Assembly: GCA_020891255.1 (NCBI GenBank)
Contig: BQFW01000007.1
Span: 2,542,001 to 2,606,000 of the forward strand
DNA from: Entomortierella parvispora E1425
Lineage: Eukaryota > Fungi > Mortierellomycota
DNA length: 64,000 nt
Direction of reading: 5' to 3'
In this document: in pieces, positions 9,901-21,509 of the stretch
Numbering within the stretch: position 1 is the stretch's first letter
Layout of the letters: each line of letters begins with the position of its first letter
Notes under the pieces: model-generated
Told to the model about the DNA's origin: nothing
Seen by the model: the letters and a program-made list of their open reading frames with translations, nothing else
Databases searched by the model: none
Position numbers and translations under genes: made by a program

Positions 9901-12512
9901 TCAGTGAGCAGTGCCGGCCTCTCCAAGAACTGGTATGTTTCCCGGGGAGTCCTTCACTGAGCCAGCTGGTGTTGATGCAGAAGAGGCAGGTTGAACTGGA
10001 GTCGAAGGTCTCGTTGAGTTGGCCGTGGTGGACGACGAAGGAAAGTGTGTGGCGGTGCTCCATGATCCGTCCAAGATAGCCTCAATAGTCTTGTTGAGAT
10101 GGCTCTCATCATAAATGGGGCGGTCAGATGAAGGATCCCGTCGACCCTGGCAGGGCACACACTCGATTCCTAGTTTCTCAATCCCCCAAGTATCCACCTG
10201 GACCTCAGAGTTGTCCAAATAGATCAGATGTGTGATGTACTTTGATGGTTTGTACTCTTTTGGCCAATACTGCCCTGACAACTTGAGGGACGAGTTCAGG
10301 GCTCCAGAAAGCGCCCAGATGAAATCCAAAGCGGTGTAATCAGGCGTCTCACGATCGTTCGTTCCATTGAGCATAAAGATCTTGTTCCTCAGTGACCTCG
10401 ACTCGGCAATACCTCGGCCTACATCTTTCAGGATCAGACAGGGGATAATCGAAGTATACAATGATCCAATGGAGTACACCAACGTCTCCATCTCTGCCAA
10501 CGAGCAGAGCAACTTTGGGTTTGGTGGTGGGAAGATCTCCTGGCCGTACTCGTTGATGTAGTAGAGTCTTGAAATGCGTGACTGGAGAGAGCTTGATCGA
10601 GTTGGAGTCTTGTCAAAATGAATATTGTTCTGGGTCAACTTGAGGGTCGAGAAGCTGTCCTCCTGCTGCGAAGATGAGAGCATTGTAGCCAAGTCGGGTG
10701 TTTTTGATCCGTCTGGGGTAGTAGATGCTGATACGGCACTGGGTGGGACATTGGCTTTACCATTGAAGCTGTCACCAGAGGCTGCCAAAGACGGGTGTGA
10801 AATAGCACATTGGCCCAAGATGGTGTGTCCATCCTTGAGAAGCGCTGCGATGGCGATTCCGTGGTTGGTATTGATCACAGGGATTACCCTTGTGGGCTCT
10901 GTAATTCCTGTGATGGCCGCAAACAGAAAGATGGCCGACTCGAGCGATCCAAAGAACATACGCGCCCCTGTGAGGAAAAAGTTGCCAATGGACCCGTTTG
11001 CAAAGGAAAAGCGTTTGTGGGCACGCTTGAGGATCTCGGACTGAATGTAGATCAGGAATCCCCGGATAACCTCCTTCTTTTCCGAAGGGATGTGCAACCA
11101 CAGTCTAAGGTTACACCGTCAAAGAAAAGGTGGGTGTCTTGACGTCAGTTGACAAAATGACAACACAAAAATGCAATGCATCTCCCACCCACAGACAATA
11201 ATTTGTTTACACAGGCACAGCGCCAACAACAAAATTCCTTACCTGTGGCTGCCTTCGACAATCTCGACCCATTCATTTTTGATAGCATTCTCATCTCCGT
11301 GTCCAGGGAGACGGTAGCCCAAAAGTTCTTGAATTGCGGTCCTGCCAATATCCGAAGCGTCCGGTTTGATCAGACGAATGAGGCGCGAACGGATATCGCC
11401 AATGGCGGGCCCGTCCAAAACACGCAGAATCTCGCTTGTTGAACCGCCGTTATCGGAGATGCCCACTGCGAGGTTGTAGTTGAAAAGAGAACGTTAGTAT
11501 TTGTCATCGTGGGGGTGCTACGCGTTTGCAGGCAGTGGAGTCCTCTCCACATAGCGAGCAAAAAATAGAACGCGCTGCTGCAAATAGCTCGCCCCCTGTC
11601 AGAGTCCTGAGAGCCACACACAAGACTCCTTTGTCGGATCGGTCCCTGTCAAGCTCTACGCCGTGCTCGTGATGCCTGTTAGTGCAGCAATAGCAGCCTG
11701 TCGAGGTGCTGGACTCTGTACCGTCCCTGTCGAAGAATTCAGGTGGACAGAGTGGCTCCCTGTCCCGACTACGGAAACTGTACATTCTAAAACTTACACA
11801 CATAGGTGACATTTGGGGTCATGTCTTGAAGAAGCTGAACCAATGAGTTGCAGGCAGTGCCGCCGGAAAAGACCAGGATGCCAGCATCTGGTCCACCACG
11901 GGGAGTTCCTGGGATGGATGACTGAGAGGAGGACAAGCCATGGAGTGGGACAGTGTTGGAAGGCAAGTGAAGTCCACTTGTGATACTGCTGGGCACAGCC
12001 TGCCCTGTTGCTGGTGCAGAGTCACTCTGCTCAGTTCCTGATGTGCCCGAGGGAATGTGAGCTGCTTCTGCGAGTGACTGGCTGCCTCCATTCGAGGCAA
12101 CATGTTGCCCAGAGCTGCCAACAGTTGGCGACTTTGGGTCATTGAGGCTGACCTTCTTGTTGAATGTGGGCAAAATGGGGAGGACAATGGCCTCTCCATT
12201 CTTGTACCCTGGACCGTTACCAATGAGCGGTCCGGACATGCCTGGTAATGAGTTCATGTCGGAGGCTGTTGTTTGTACTGTTGGTGCTGGTGTTGGTGGT
12301 GTGGTGCTGGTATGTTCGACTGTTGCCGCAGAGGAGGTCAAGGACAGAGAAGCAGAGGTCAAGGAGAGGGAGGCGACAAGAGTTCCGGCAGTAGAGGCAG
12401 AGGAGGCAGAGGAGGCAGAGGCAGTCGTAAAGGAAGAGGAGTCTGAGCAAGCAGAGAGGGCTGGGGAAGGGGGGGAGCTACCGTTGGTTTTATCTTCGGG
12501 GTGGGTGCTCAT
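9901..12512 (-). CDS. UPF0052 / CofD-YvcK family protein (yeast YNL011C-like) with Ser-rich N-terminus, 3 exons
   Basis: GILVFSGGTACNSL; NVTYVL|GISDNGGSTSEILRVLDGPAIGDIRSRL; FANGSIGNFFLTGARMFFGS; VYSIGSLYTSIIP; KIFMLNGTNDRET. Intron 11466-11797 is in phase. Confidence 0.9.
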
Positions 12513-13735
12513 GACAGGATGGAGGCTTATATGAAATAGAAGGGGGGGAGAAAATATTTGTTTGCGAGATAGATAACGAAACTGGATGCAAGACGGAGAG
12601 GAGAGAGTGACACCAGGCAAGACCAAGAGAAGCAAGGAGAGAGAGCGGGCTGGCGTCAATTGAGGTCAAGACAAGACAAGAAGGAGGGAAGGAGAGACAG
12701 AAAAGAAGGGAGGATTGAGAATGCTTTAAGAAGGAAAAGAAGGGAAATGCAATGCAAGCAGGACAGGAGGGAAGGAGGGAAGGGGGGCACCGTCGATCGT
12801 GTGGTGTGTGGATCGAGAGTGTGTGGAGAAAGGCAAAGAAAGGAGGGACAAGAAAAAAAAAAAGAGTCATCGACTGGGACTATTTTTCTTCGACCAAAAT
12901 GGGTCTGAATCTGATTCGTCCACTTGGTCTCTTGCGCGTGCGATCTGATGAATAAGCATCCTTTCTGACCCCCTTGTTGCCACTTGGACGCGTTCTATCG
13001 CAAGGAAGGCCGAGCATCCTAGGTCAAAAGAGAGATCCGAGCAGATAGGGCAGGAGATGCACACACACACATGTTTGATCGTCCGATCTCACACCAACAA
13101 GGCATCCTCAAATCCGAGCTCGAATAGAGTCTCTCCCCTAGGCATTGTTCAATGTCGCGTTGTCTACGGCAAGCAGTACCGAACCGCTCAGGAATGTAGT
13201 GTCTTTCGCCACACCATTGAATCCTCTGTTTTGAAAATAGACAGGAACGCTATTTTAACGCTTTGAATATGGTTGCGATCTTTTCTCCTTGCCTCGGACC
13301 TGGTGGGTTGGGATGGATGACATGGAGGAAACGGACAAAGCAGACCTCCTTTCAGATACAGTATGCCTTCGTACGCCAAAAGCCCAAACCAGCATTGCAG
13401 TTCAAATTAAAATAACTTGCTTTGGAGAACCACGAGGCAAAGTTCATTGTCCATGTGCGACGCAAACTTGAACGCGACCCTACGAGATGCTCGGGCTAGG
13501 TCTTCCTATAGACGCTGAGTGCAGCCATTGTGGTAACTGCTGAGTGATCTCGATGACACGGTCAAAGACATGGCCCCCTGACCCAAGCCATCAAGCCAAC
13601 AACAAAAACGACCACTGTTGCACTTTTCCTTTCAACTCTTTTTCTCCGCTTTTCTCCCTTCCACCTCTCGGTTCTATTTCTTTTTGTTCCATTTTCCACA
13701 CTCCAATTCCCACTCCCACATCCGATCTGTACACA

Positions 13736-14737
13736 ATGGCCAACGTCTACTCTCTCTTGGATACCCCAGAACTTCTTGAGCAGATATGTGCCCATCTCAC
13801 CCCACACCAGCGGAATGAGTGCGTCCTCGTCTCGCATCGATGGAGAGACTTGTTCACACCACAGCTCTGGGCAGAGATGCACCATGTCGAGGAGACGTTC
13901 TTTGAAGATGAAGTTTTCCGTGAAAAGGCCCGGTCGTACAGACACCTCATCCAGTCTTTATTCACTTCGTCCGACAAGGTCCTCGACGTCGTAAACTTGA
14001 TCTTTGAAAACAGGGGCTTTATTCCACGACGAGGAGAATCTCGAATGTGCCGACTGTCCAGCAACAATGACGACCTCCCTTTGACTGAACTGCGTCAGCT
14101 CGATCTTTCCTGGAGCGGCCAACAAAAGCATTATCGACAAGCGAAAGACGCTGATTGGGGAGAGTACACCTGGGATTTCTCTTGCCTGTGCATTGTTCAG
14201 AAGAGTCCGCGACTGGTGAACCTTTCCCTCTGTCTTGCCAGCTTCAACTATGCCGAATTCCCATGGTGCCTGGAAGGTCTCCATTGCCTCCAACGGCTGA
14301 CCCTGCGAGGTGTCCATGATGCCCCTATCTTTCTGCCCAAGCTGATAGAGCTACTTGATTCCCTACCGCGCCAGTTGGATGATTTGATTCTTGACGTTGA
14401 TGTCTTCATCAAAAAGAATGAGGTGGCTAGTCCAGGTATACAAGATCGTCCCCTGGCCCTGACAAAGCTTTCGATCCGAGGCAGCTTCTTTACGATCCCT
14501 CCGTCAGTTATTTCTCGCTGGTGCAACAATTGCCCTCGTGTTCAAATGGTGCGCCTGCTAGGAAAAGGCAAAGCAGATGTGGATTCTTTTCAAGCTGGTA
14601 TGTCCCTGCGGCAAATGTTTGAGAAATCCGCTGTGGACCATGGTAGCCACAATGCCAAGGACCCTGTATCCGACACCTGCACTGCAGGTCCTGGCGGAGT
14701 CCAGTCATCCAACTCCCTCAGAACCCCACAGTGGTGA
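13736..14737 (+). CDS. F-box / LRR-like protein
   Basis: F-box-like start SLLDTPELLEQICAHLTPHQRNECVLVSHRWRDLFTPQLW, followed by LxxLxL repeats (LRQLDL, LVNLSL, LQRLTL, LTKLSI); intronless. Confidence 0.75.
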   Translation: MANVYSLLDTPELLEQICAHLTPHQRNECVLVSHRWRDLFTPQLWAEMHHVEETFFEDEVFREKARSYRHLIQSLFTSSDKVLDVVNLIFENRGFIPRRGESRMCRLSSNNDDLPLTELRQLDLSWSGQQKHYRQAKDADWGEYTWDFSCLCIVQKSPRLVNLSLCLASFNYAEFPWCLEGLHCLQRLTLRGVHDAPIFLPKLIELLDSLPRQLDDLILDVDVFIKKNEVASPGIQDRPLALTKLSIRGSFFTIPPSVISRWCNNCPRVQMVRLLGKGKADVDSFQAGMSLRQMFEKSAVDHGSHNAKDPVSDTCTAGPGGVQSSNSLRTPQW

Positions 14738-15807
14738 GCTCTCCTAGCGAGCATCTCTCTCTTTTATCCTGCCTATGGTTTGTATGACCGCATGAGAAAG
14801 GCCTATCTATTCCCAGAATAAATATCGATCCTTTTTTTTTTACAACGGCCGCGGCGGGCCGCCTCGTTCCACAGTGTTCAAAACAACAAACCCACGGACA
14901 TCCTTGCAGCTGCCGCGTGTTGAAATGGTTGTGTGTGGCATGTGTGTGGTCATCGCTAACTCGGTGTCGTCATTGTCGTTGTAACTAGTTGTCTTTGGCA
15001 AGGGAGGGCCGTGGGTTGTTCTTTTTTTCGAGTGTGTGGTCGTGGCTGTGTATGCATGAGGACAGCGGTCATTTTGAACTACAGAAAAAAAAACGAAATA
15101 CCGCTGTAGACATTACCGAAACGCGTTTCGTGTTTATCCTTCATCGCAGGCAGTTGGCGGGTGACCAAACAAGCGCAATCATACTTCCTCCACACCTGGT
15201 GGGCCTTCATCCTAAAGATTCGTCATGCAAATGAGTTTAACCTGTCTATTGTGGGGTATTCGACAAAAGAGACGATGTCGTCACCAAGGTCATTACCGAA
15301 AGCAGTAATCGGAACACAAATGTTCGGGCCAAGTTCCACTAAGAGGAGGGAAGCTCTATCTATCAAGGACTTGATCATTGTCGGCATGGGATTGTCTTCC
15401 AGCAGCGCCGGTCCAGGTGAACAAGGGACCTCATTTTTGACCCATGCTCCAATGGCTTTGAATGGAAGGTGTCACAGGGCGTCGCAAACAGAGCTCTCCA
15501 GTGGAACGGTGGGCCATGCATACCAAGGTTGGAGAAAAAAAACGAAAAAATTGATTATTCCTTGTTCCCCAGGTCAACCACAAAAAACCGTTGTTGCCCT
15601 TCAGCCCTTCTTCAACTTTGCACGCTTACCTTCGCATTGTGGATGCCAAACCGGATTTGTGTAGAACAGCCTTGAGGTCTTGAAGAGCATGGCCAAGGGA
15701 CATCTTTGATCCTATTTGGCTTGTAGCGCATGCGATGAAGCCAGCTTCAAGTCCAAGCGACCCCAAATTTCTCTTTTGAGCACAGCCCGTTCCTGAGAGC
15801 GGCCGGT

Positions 15808-15814
15808 TATAAAA
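15808..15814 (+). promoter_or_regulatory. Candidate TATA box of the PLD-like gene
   Basis: TATAAAA ~160 bp upstream of the ATG at 15974, followed by a CT-rich leader and CACCATCACCATGG start context. Confidence 0.45.
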
Positions 15815-15973
15815 CTGGTCTTCAGCGGGATCAATTCTCCCGAGGAAGCCTTCTTCTTCTCAACTCTTCACTCTTCCCTTCTCCGCAGCCAGCTTGTTCC
15901 ATTCTACATTCTACATTCTATACTTCACTCTCACACTCGACTCCACTCTACTCCACCACCACGCACCATCACC

Positions 15974-17854
15974 ATGGTGACTAAAAAGGTGTATGAGCTC
16001 TGTCATGCAACAGAGACAGTCAGCTCTGTGCTTGCCAAGGACCCCACTGCCGCACCCGGCGATGTCATCAAGAAGCTGTATGGAGGCCACAAGAAGGACC
16101 TCACCTATGATCCTGAAAAGAACAGGCGACCACCTTCAGCCAAGGAGCAGGAACTGGCCTTCCAATGCGGAAACTGGGGACCCACGCAGCCAAGTCCTCT
16201 CTTCCTGCAGGCCTATGCCGACGCTCTGAGCTGCTTGGAAGAAAATCCCATGTCAGGACTGGTCTCCCCTCCATTGATGGGTACTCATGGAACAATGCCC
16301 CTCACGGTCATTGCCCCATTGGCCGACATCATTCGACACGTCTCCAACATGATTGTGCGAGCTGAGCGAGAGGTCTTCTTCATCACGTGTTCATGGTCGC
16401 CATCCATCGCGCAGAGACTGATTAAGGCTGCTCTCATCGAGCTTTCCAGAAGAGCCGGCGTGAGAGGACAGAAGGTGGTTGTCAAGATGATGTTTGACAA
16501 GGCCACGCCCGCAAACGCGATCAACGCCCATCAAGTGGTCAAGCCCGAGGTCTATTCCGGTCAAAAGATCCAACTGCCAAAGCCGGAAGAAATTCCACAT
16601 CTGGATTTGGAAGTTATCAGCTTCCATGAGATTGTTCTGGGAACGCTGCACGCCAAGTTCTGTATCGTGGACCGCAAGACAGCAGCGGTGATGAGCAATA
16701 ACATGGAAGACAACGACAACTTGGAGATGATGACCCATGTGGAGGGTCCCATTGTCGACAGTCTCTACGATACCGCGCTCACTACCTGGAACAACCACCT
16801 CAACCCACCTCTGCCTTCGCATGATGCCCCAGCAATCCAGGGTGGTCTACCTACCTCCAACCAAGAGCCTCATTACTTGGACCGTAGTCCATCCCCCGAG
16901 CCTCAGGAAATCGTCGCCGAGGGCGAAGCTGTCCGTCTCCCACCACATATGCCCGAAGACCCACACTGGGACGTTGATATCCAGGACGAAATGGCGCGCA
17001 TCCAATCCTGCTACTCTGCAAAGAAGAACGAATCGCACCTCCAAGCCATCAACCGTGAGCTGAATCTCGCCAGCAAGACTAAAATTCCACCTACTGGACC
17101 AGAGATCGCTGAAGGTGACGAAATGATTCCTTATATCTCTACCATGACGCCCACCCCTGTGCCCATGGCCCTCGTCTCGCGCCCTCCCTACGGACCCATT
17201 TGCGCAAACAATGTTTTCGTACCTCAGAACGAGGCATGGCTCTCCTGCATCCGCAACGCAGAACGCAACATCTTTATCCAAACGCCGGACCTCAACGCGG
17301 CACCTCTTATCCCAGCTCTTGCGGCCGCTTTGAAGCGTGGTATTCAGGTCACGTATTACGTTTGCTTTGGTTATAATGACGCTGGAGAGATTATCCCTGG
17401 TCAAGGCGGCACGAATGACCAGGCTGCTCAAGAATTGGTTCGATCCATTACGGCCGAGGAACGCGAGCGTCTCAGCATCTGCTACTATGTGGGCAAGGAC
17501 CAGGACCACCCTATCCACCAGAGTTTTAAGGAGAGGAGTTGTCATATCAAGCTCCTGATTGTGGACGACCATGTGGGCATCCAAGGAAGCGGTAACCAGG
17601 ATACACAGAGCTGGTACCACAGTCAGGAAATCAACATCATGCTGGACAGCGCAGAAATTTGCCGCAAGTGGAGAGAGACCATTGAACGGAACCAGAACAC
17701 TGCAAAGTTTGGAGTTGCCAGCCAGGATGGCGTTTGGAGGGATAAGGACGGCAATGTGGGACCTGGATACATGGGCGATCCAGGAAAGGTGGAAAGTCTT
17801 TTCAAAGGAGTGACTGGCATGCTGAAGAAGATGAAGGACAAGGGTGGATTCTAG
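15974..17854 (+). CDS. Phospholipase D-superfamily protein with two HKD motifs, intronless (626 aa)
   Basis: HAKFCIVD...MSNN and HIKLLIVDD...GSGNQD are both intact HxKxxxxD motifs; IRNAERNIFIQTP; no PX/PH domains. Confidence 0.88.
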   Translation: MVTKKVYELCHATETVSSVLAKDPTAAPGDVIKKLYGGHKKDLTYDPEKNRRPPSAKEQELAFQCGNWGPTQPSPLFLQAYADALSCLEENPMSGLVSPPLMGTHGTMPLTVIAPLADIIRHVSNMIVRAEREVFFITCSWSPSIAQRLIKAALIELSRRAGVRGQKVVVKMMFDKATPANAINAHQVVKPEVYSGQKIQLPKPEEIPHLDLEVISFHEIVLGTLHAKFCIVDRKTAAVMSNNMEDNDNLEMMTHVEGPIVDSLYDTALTTWNNHLNPPLPSHDAPAIQGGLPTSNQEPHYLDRSPSPEPQEIVAEGEAVRLPPHMPEDPHWDVDIQDEMARIQSCYSAKKNESHLQAINRELNLASKTKIPPTGPEIAEGDEMIPYISTMTPTPVPMALVSRPPYGPICANNVFVPQNEAWLSCIRNAERNIFIQTPDLNAAPLIPALAAALKRGIQVTYYVCFGYNDAGEIIPGQGGTNDQAAQELVRSITAEERERLSICYYVGKDQDHPIHQSFKERSCHIKLLIVDDHVGIQGSGNQDTQSWYHSQEINIMLDSAEICRKWRETIERNQNTAKFGVASQDGVWRDKDGNVGPGYMGDPGKVESLFKGVTGMLKKMKDKGGF

Positions 17855-18111
17855 AGAGGAGAAGATACCATAATACACTGGGAAGACTTTGTTTCTCCTA
17901 TTCTATTCATTCATTGTAATAAATCAAAAGATATAATGCATCATTGATGTCCAAGGGAATGCGAAGGAAATGAAGGATCGAAATAGCAGGCAAAGAGAAT
18001 TAGCAAGCACCCATTGACCACAAAATGATGAAGCAAGAAAAAGTTCAAGGGGGGAATACACGCGAGATCTTTTTTATTATTTAAAACATAAAAAAAAGGA
18101 TGCTTTTTGCT

Positions 18112-21100
18112 TCAGCAGGCAGTAACATCAGTCTTCTTGGCTTGCTGGACCACACTCTCCAACTGTTTGACCATAGCCAACAATCGCTGAATCTCCTTGT
18201 TAGCATCCTGAACAGCCAGGTCGTCCACCAGCTCGGGGGCGGTCGCCGCGCTTTGGCTGCCTTCTTCTTTACTGTCAGGAGCAGTACCCTCTTCTTCTTC
18301 CTGAACAACCTGCTCAGAAAGATTGGGTTTGCTCAAGGAAGAGCTGTTCTTGCGACTTAATCGCCCACTAGATCGCCTCGATACGGAGGGAGAGGAGGAG
18401 CTGAGGTCCAAAGGCTCGGCAGAAGAAAAAGCCGTAGCAGTCGTGGAGGTTGAGCATGGTCGGCTTGTGTTCGCAGAGGCCAAGGCAGAGGTGGAAGCCG
18501 AGGAAGAAGAGGACAGAGATTCGTCCAATTGGAGTTGTCGATCGAGCTCCAAAAGACTTTCTCGAAGAACCTTTCGGAGATCGCGGCTTCCACGAGGAGA
18601 ACCGTTGTGGCCGGCGCCTTGACTGGATCGCCATGAGGAGCGGTGTGTGGGCGACTCGTCACCACTTTGATGTTGCTGCTGGAGGAGTTTCGAGAGTCGA
18701 ATTTGGTCGGAGAGTCGGGCTGCTGGGGAATGAGAGCCGGATCTATGCTTTTCCTTGTTGCTGCTCTCTTGTGACATCATCCGGGTCTGGAGGAGCAGGT
18801 CTTGGTTACGAAGCTCGAGTGATCTGATGTGGCCCTCGATGACAGACTGGAGCTTGCTTAAACGTGCTTGAAGAGTCGCTGAAGAACCGTCTTTCTCCTC
18901 TTGAGGTTTTGGAGTCTGGTTCTGTTCATTCTCGTCGCCACTGGCAGAAGCAGTCGATTTACCGTTGCTGTTCTGTTCGATGGAGGATTGGAAGGTGCGC
19001 GCCCAGTTGTGGATGCTCAAAAACTGGTCCTGGAATGAGCTCAGTTTTTCATCCTTTTGAAGGATCTCCTCGTTCAGTTCCTTGACGTACTTTTCCATAG
19101 ACTCGATCTTTTCCATCTCCTCCTGGACCTTTGAAGCCGCCTGGAGTCCGCTCAACTGAGTCGAAGAGGGAGAGTCCGGCTGCTGATTACTCTGGTTGGA
19201 GGCTGCAGAAAAGAGAATGCTTTGAACCTTGAGTCGATAGTTTTCCTTTTTGCACTTCATCCTTTCCTCCTTCTCATCTGTACGGGCCCTCTCGGTCTGC
19301 ATCACTTGGAGGGACAATTCTCGGTTGTCGCCTTCCAGTCGTCTCAGGCCCGCGTTCAAGACTGCAGTCTCGTGCTGCATCAGGGCCTTTTGGACAGTCA
19401 TCAATCGAGTCCAGGACAGATGCAACCTTTGAGAGATCTGATCCATCTTCTTGGTCGTGGATTGGTACTGAACCGTGGCGGCCATGACTGCGTCTTTGTT
19501 CGAGTTGGACTCGTGGAGTCGGATCAAAGAAATAGATGCCTCTCGAATACGGTGCTCGATGTGCATAGATACATTCATGGTCTCGATCAGCAGATGGAGA
19601 TCATCTTGTTCCTAAGTCATCAGAAAGCAACCACAGAGATGTCAGAGGATGAGCGCGTTTTCATACATACCCTTTTTTTCCACGTGATGTTTTTTTGTTT
19701 CGCGTTTTTTTTTTTTTTTTTTTTTTGTTCTTGTACCTTTTTCAGGTCAGCCAATTGATCCTCGTCCATGACCTTGTAGACCCGACTGGTCTTTGCACAT
19801 TCGCTAACGACTTTTTGGACCTGGATTGGGTCCATGGAGCGAAACACGTCCTGGGGGATGATCCCCGTGCACGCACTCCCCTTTCTTCTCAGGGGCGAGG
19901 GCGAAGCCGAATTGAAGGCGGAAGACGGGGGCGGTGATGACATTCCATTTTGCAGGTCAAACGGTGCATCCAGAGCAACGGAGGCAAGAATAGACTTGGG
20001 ACTCATCATGGCTGCAGCCGCGCTCGTCGTGGCCATCGTCGCAATGGGAGACGGGAGCTGTGTCATGTGGCCCGCAAAGTCCAGACTCTCCTTGCGGGTC
20101 CGAATGGACCTTGGACTCGACGTCTGACGTTGGTGTTGGACAAATGGTGGAGGAGGGGGAGGAGGAGAGGAAGAGTCAGAGATGCCGTTGGGTGTTGGGG
20201 GAAGTTCCTTACTGTGTCGGCTCCTGCCGATAGGAGCTGCACTTTCGAGGACAAAGGCGCTACTGCTGCCGCTGCAGTTGCCATTGTGATTATCATTAGG
20301 GTGGAGGTTGTTAATAGTAATGGTATTAGGGTGGAGGGGGTCGTTGGGGATGGCTCGGGCAGCGCTGCAATCGGGCAAGGATTCGTCCGATAGGATTTGG
20401 TGACGGGTGAAGAACCGTTGTTTTTGCAAAGAGGACGACGTCTCCTCGTTGCTCTCTTGCCGAGAGTGATGGTTTTGCAATTTGCGAGCCGTGGCTCTGG
20501 AAGGGGATCGTTTCTGAAGTGTGGGAGATCGAGCTCGCTCAGGAAGTGAGTGGTCGTTATTATTAAAGGTGGTAATAATGGACAGATTCGATTCTTCTTG
20601 GCATTCGATGATGGGTGCTGGTGGGGCGGTCAACGAGAACTGGTTCATCAACGAGGTGGCATGGAGGGCATCCTTAGGCACGGATGTGGCGATGAAATGG
20701 TGGGGTTGAACCCGCTGTCGACCTGGAGAACGTGCATGAGGACGCGGAGGGTATTGCTCAGGGATGCCAGATGAGTTTCGGTCGCAGGAAGGGATTGGGA
20801 TTGGTGTAGAGATGGGGGCAGAGGAAGAGGTCGAGCGTGAGGAAGCGGCAGCAGACTTCAGATCTGGCAAAGAGCTGTTCTTTCTCAGTTCACCAAAGGG
20901 TTTCCTAGGCTTTTCCAGCGTCTGCGTTCTTTGCAAGTGAGGCTCATGTTGGCATGGCTGCAGCGTGGCCGTTGATTGGAAGCCTTGAATGTTGAAGGTC
21001 CATTCATCCGGAATGGTCTCATGTGAGCGTGGGCGCGTCGGACGCGGAGGCGGCGGCTGCTGCTGGTGCCTTGGTTGCTCTTGCTGAAAGAGATAGGCCT

Positions 21101-21509
21101 TTGGGTTCTGTTCATACACACCATCGCTCTCGCCTTGATCGCGGTTCTTTTTTCTGCGGGAAGATTTGTGACTGGAAAGGGTCGATCCTTCGAGTGGCGA
21201 CAATTGCTGCTGCTGTAGTTGATGTTGCGCTTTTTTAGAAGAGCCACCGAGATTAAGGTCAGAGGACTTTTTGGTGAGCCCTACGCTTCGAAAGGCAGAG
21301 TCGGAAGCCTGTCTCGCCATGCGGATGAACTGGCTGCTGCTTAGCTTCCTTGCAGGGAGAGAAAGTGAAAGGAGGTCGGATTTTGTTGTTGTTTGTTGCA
21401 ATGGTGGTGGTGGTTGATCTGGATCGGATCCATTGCTGTGTTGTTGTTGTTGTTGTTGCTGTTGCTGTTGCTGTTGTTGTTGCTCATCGCTCATGGCCGA
21501 GAGAGGCAT
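18112..21509 (-). CDS. Large low-complexity/coiled-coil protein with Up-regulated-during-septation (Uds1)-like domain, 2 exons
   Basis: RVYKVMDEDQLADLKK|EQDDLHLLIETMNVSMHIEHRIREASISLIRLH...KMDQISQRLHLSWTRLMTVQKALMQHETAVL matches the Uds1 pattern. Intron 19612-19736 is phase 0. N-terminal polyQ. Confidence 0.7.

Noticed and set aside
9901-12512. CofD similarity as evidence for F420 biosynthesis or transfer from endobacteria
   Set aside because: The FSGGTA/GISDNGGS signature is the widespread eukaryotic YNL011C-type UPF0052 branch; the gene has introns and no other cof genes are nearby.
15161-15675. 167-aa ORF upstream of the PLD gene
   Set aside because: GTG start, no recognisable motif and unbiased composition; probably chance.
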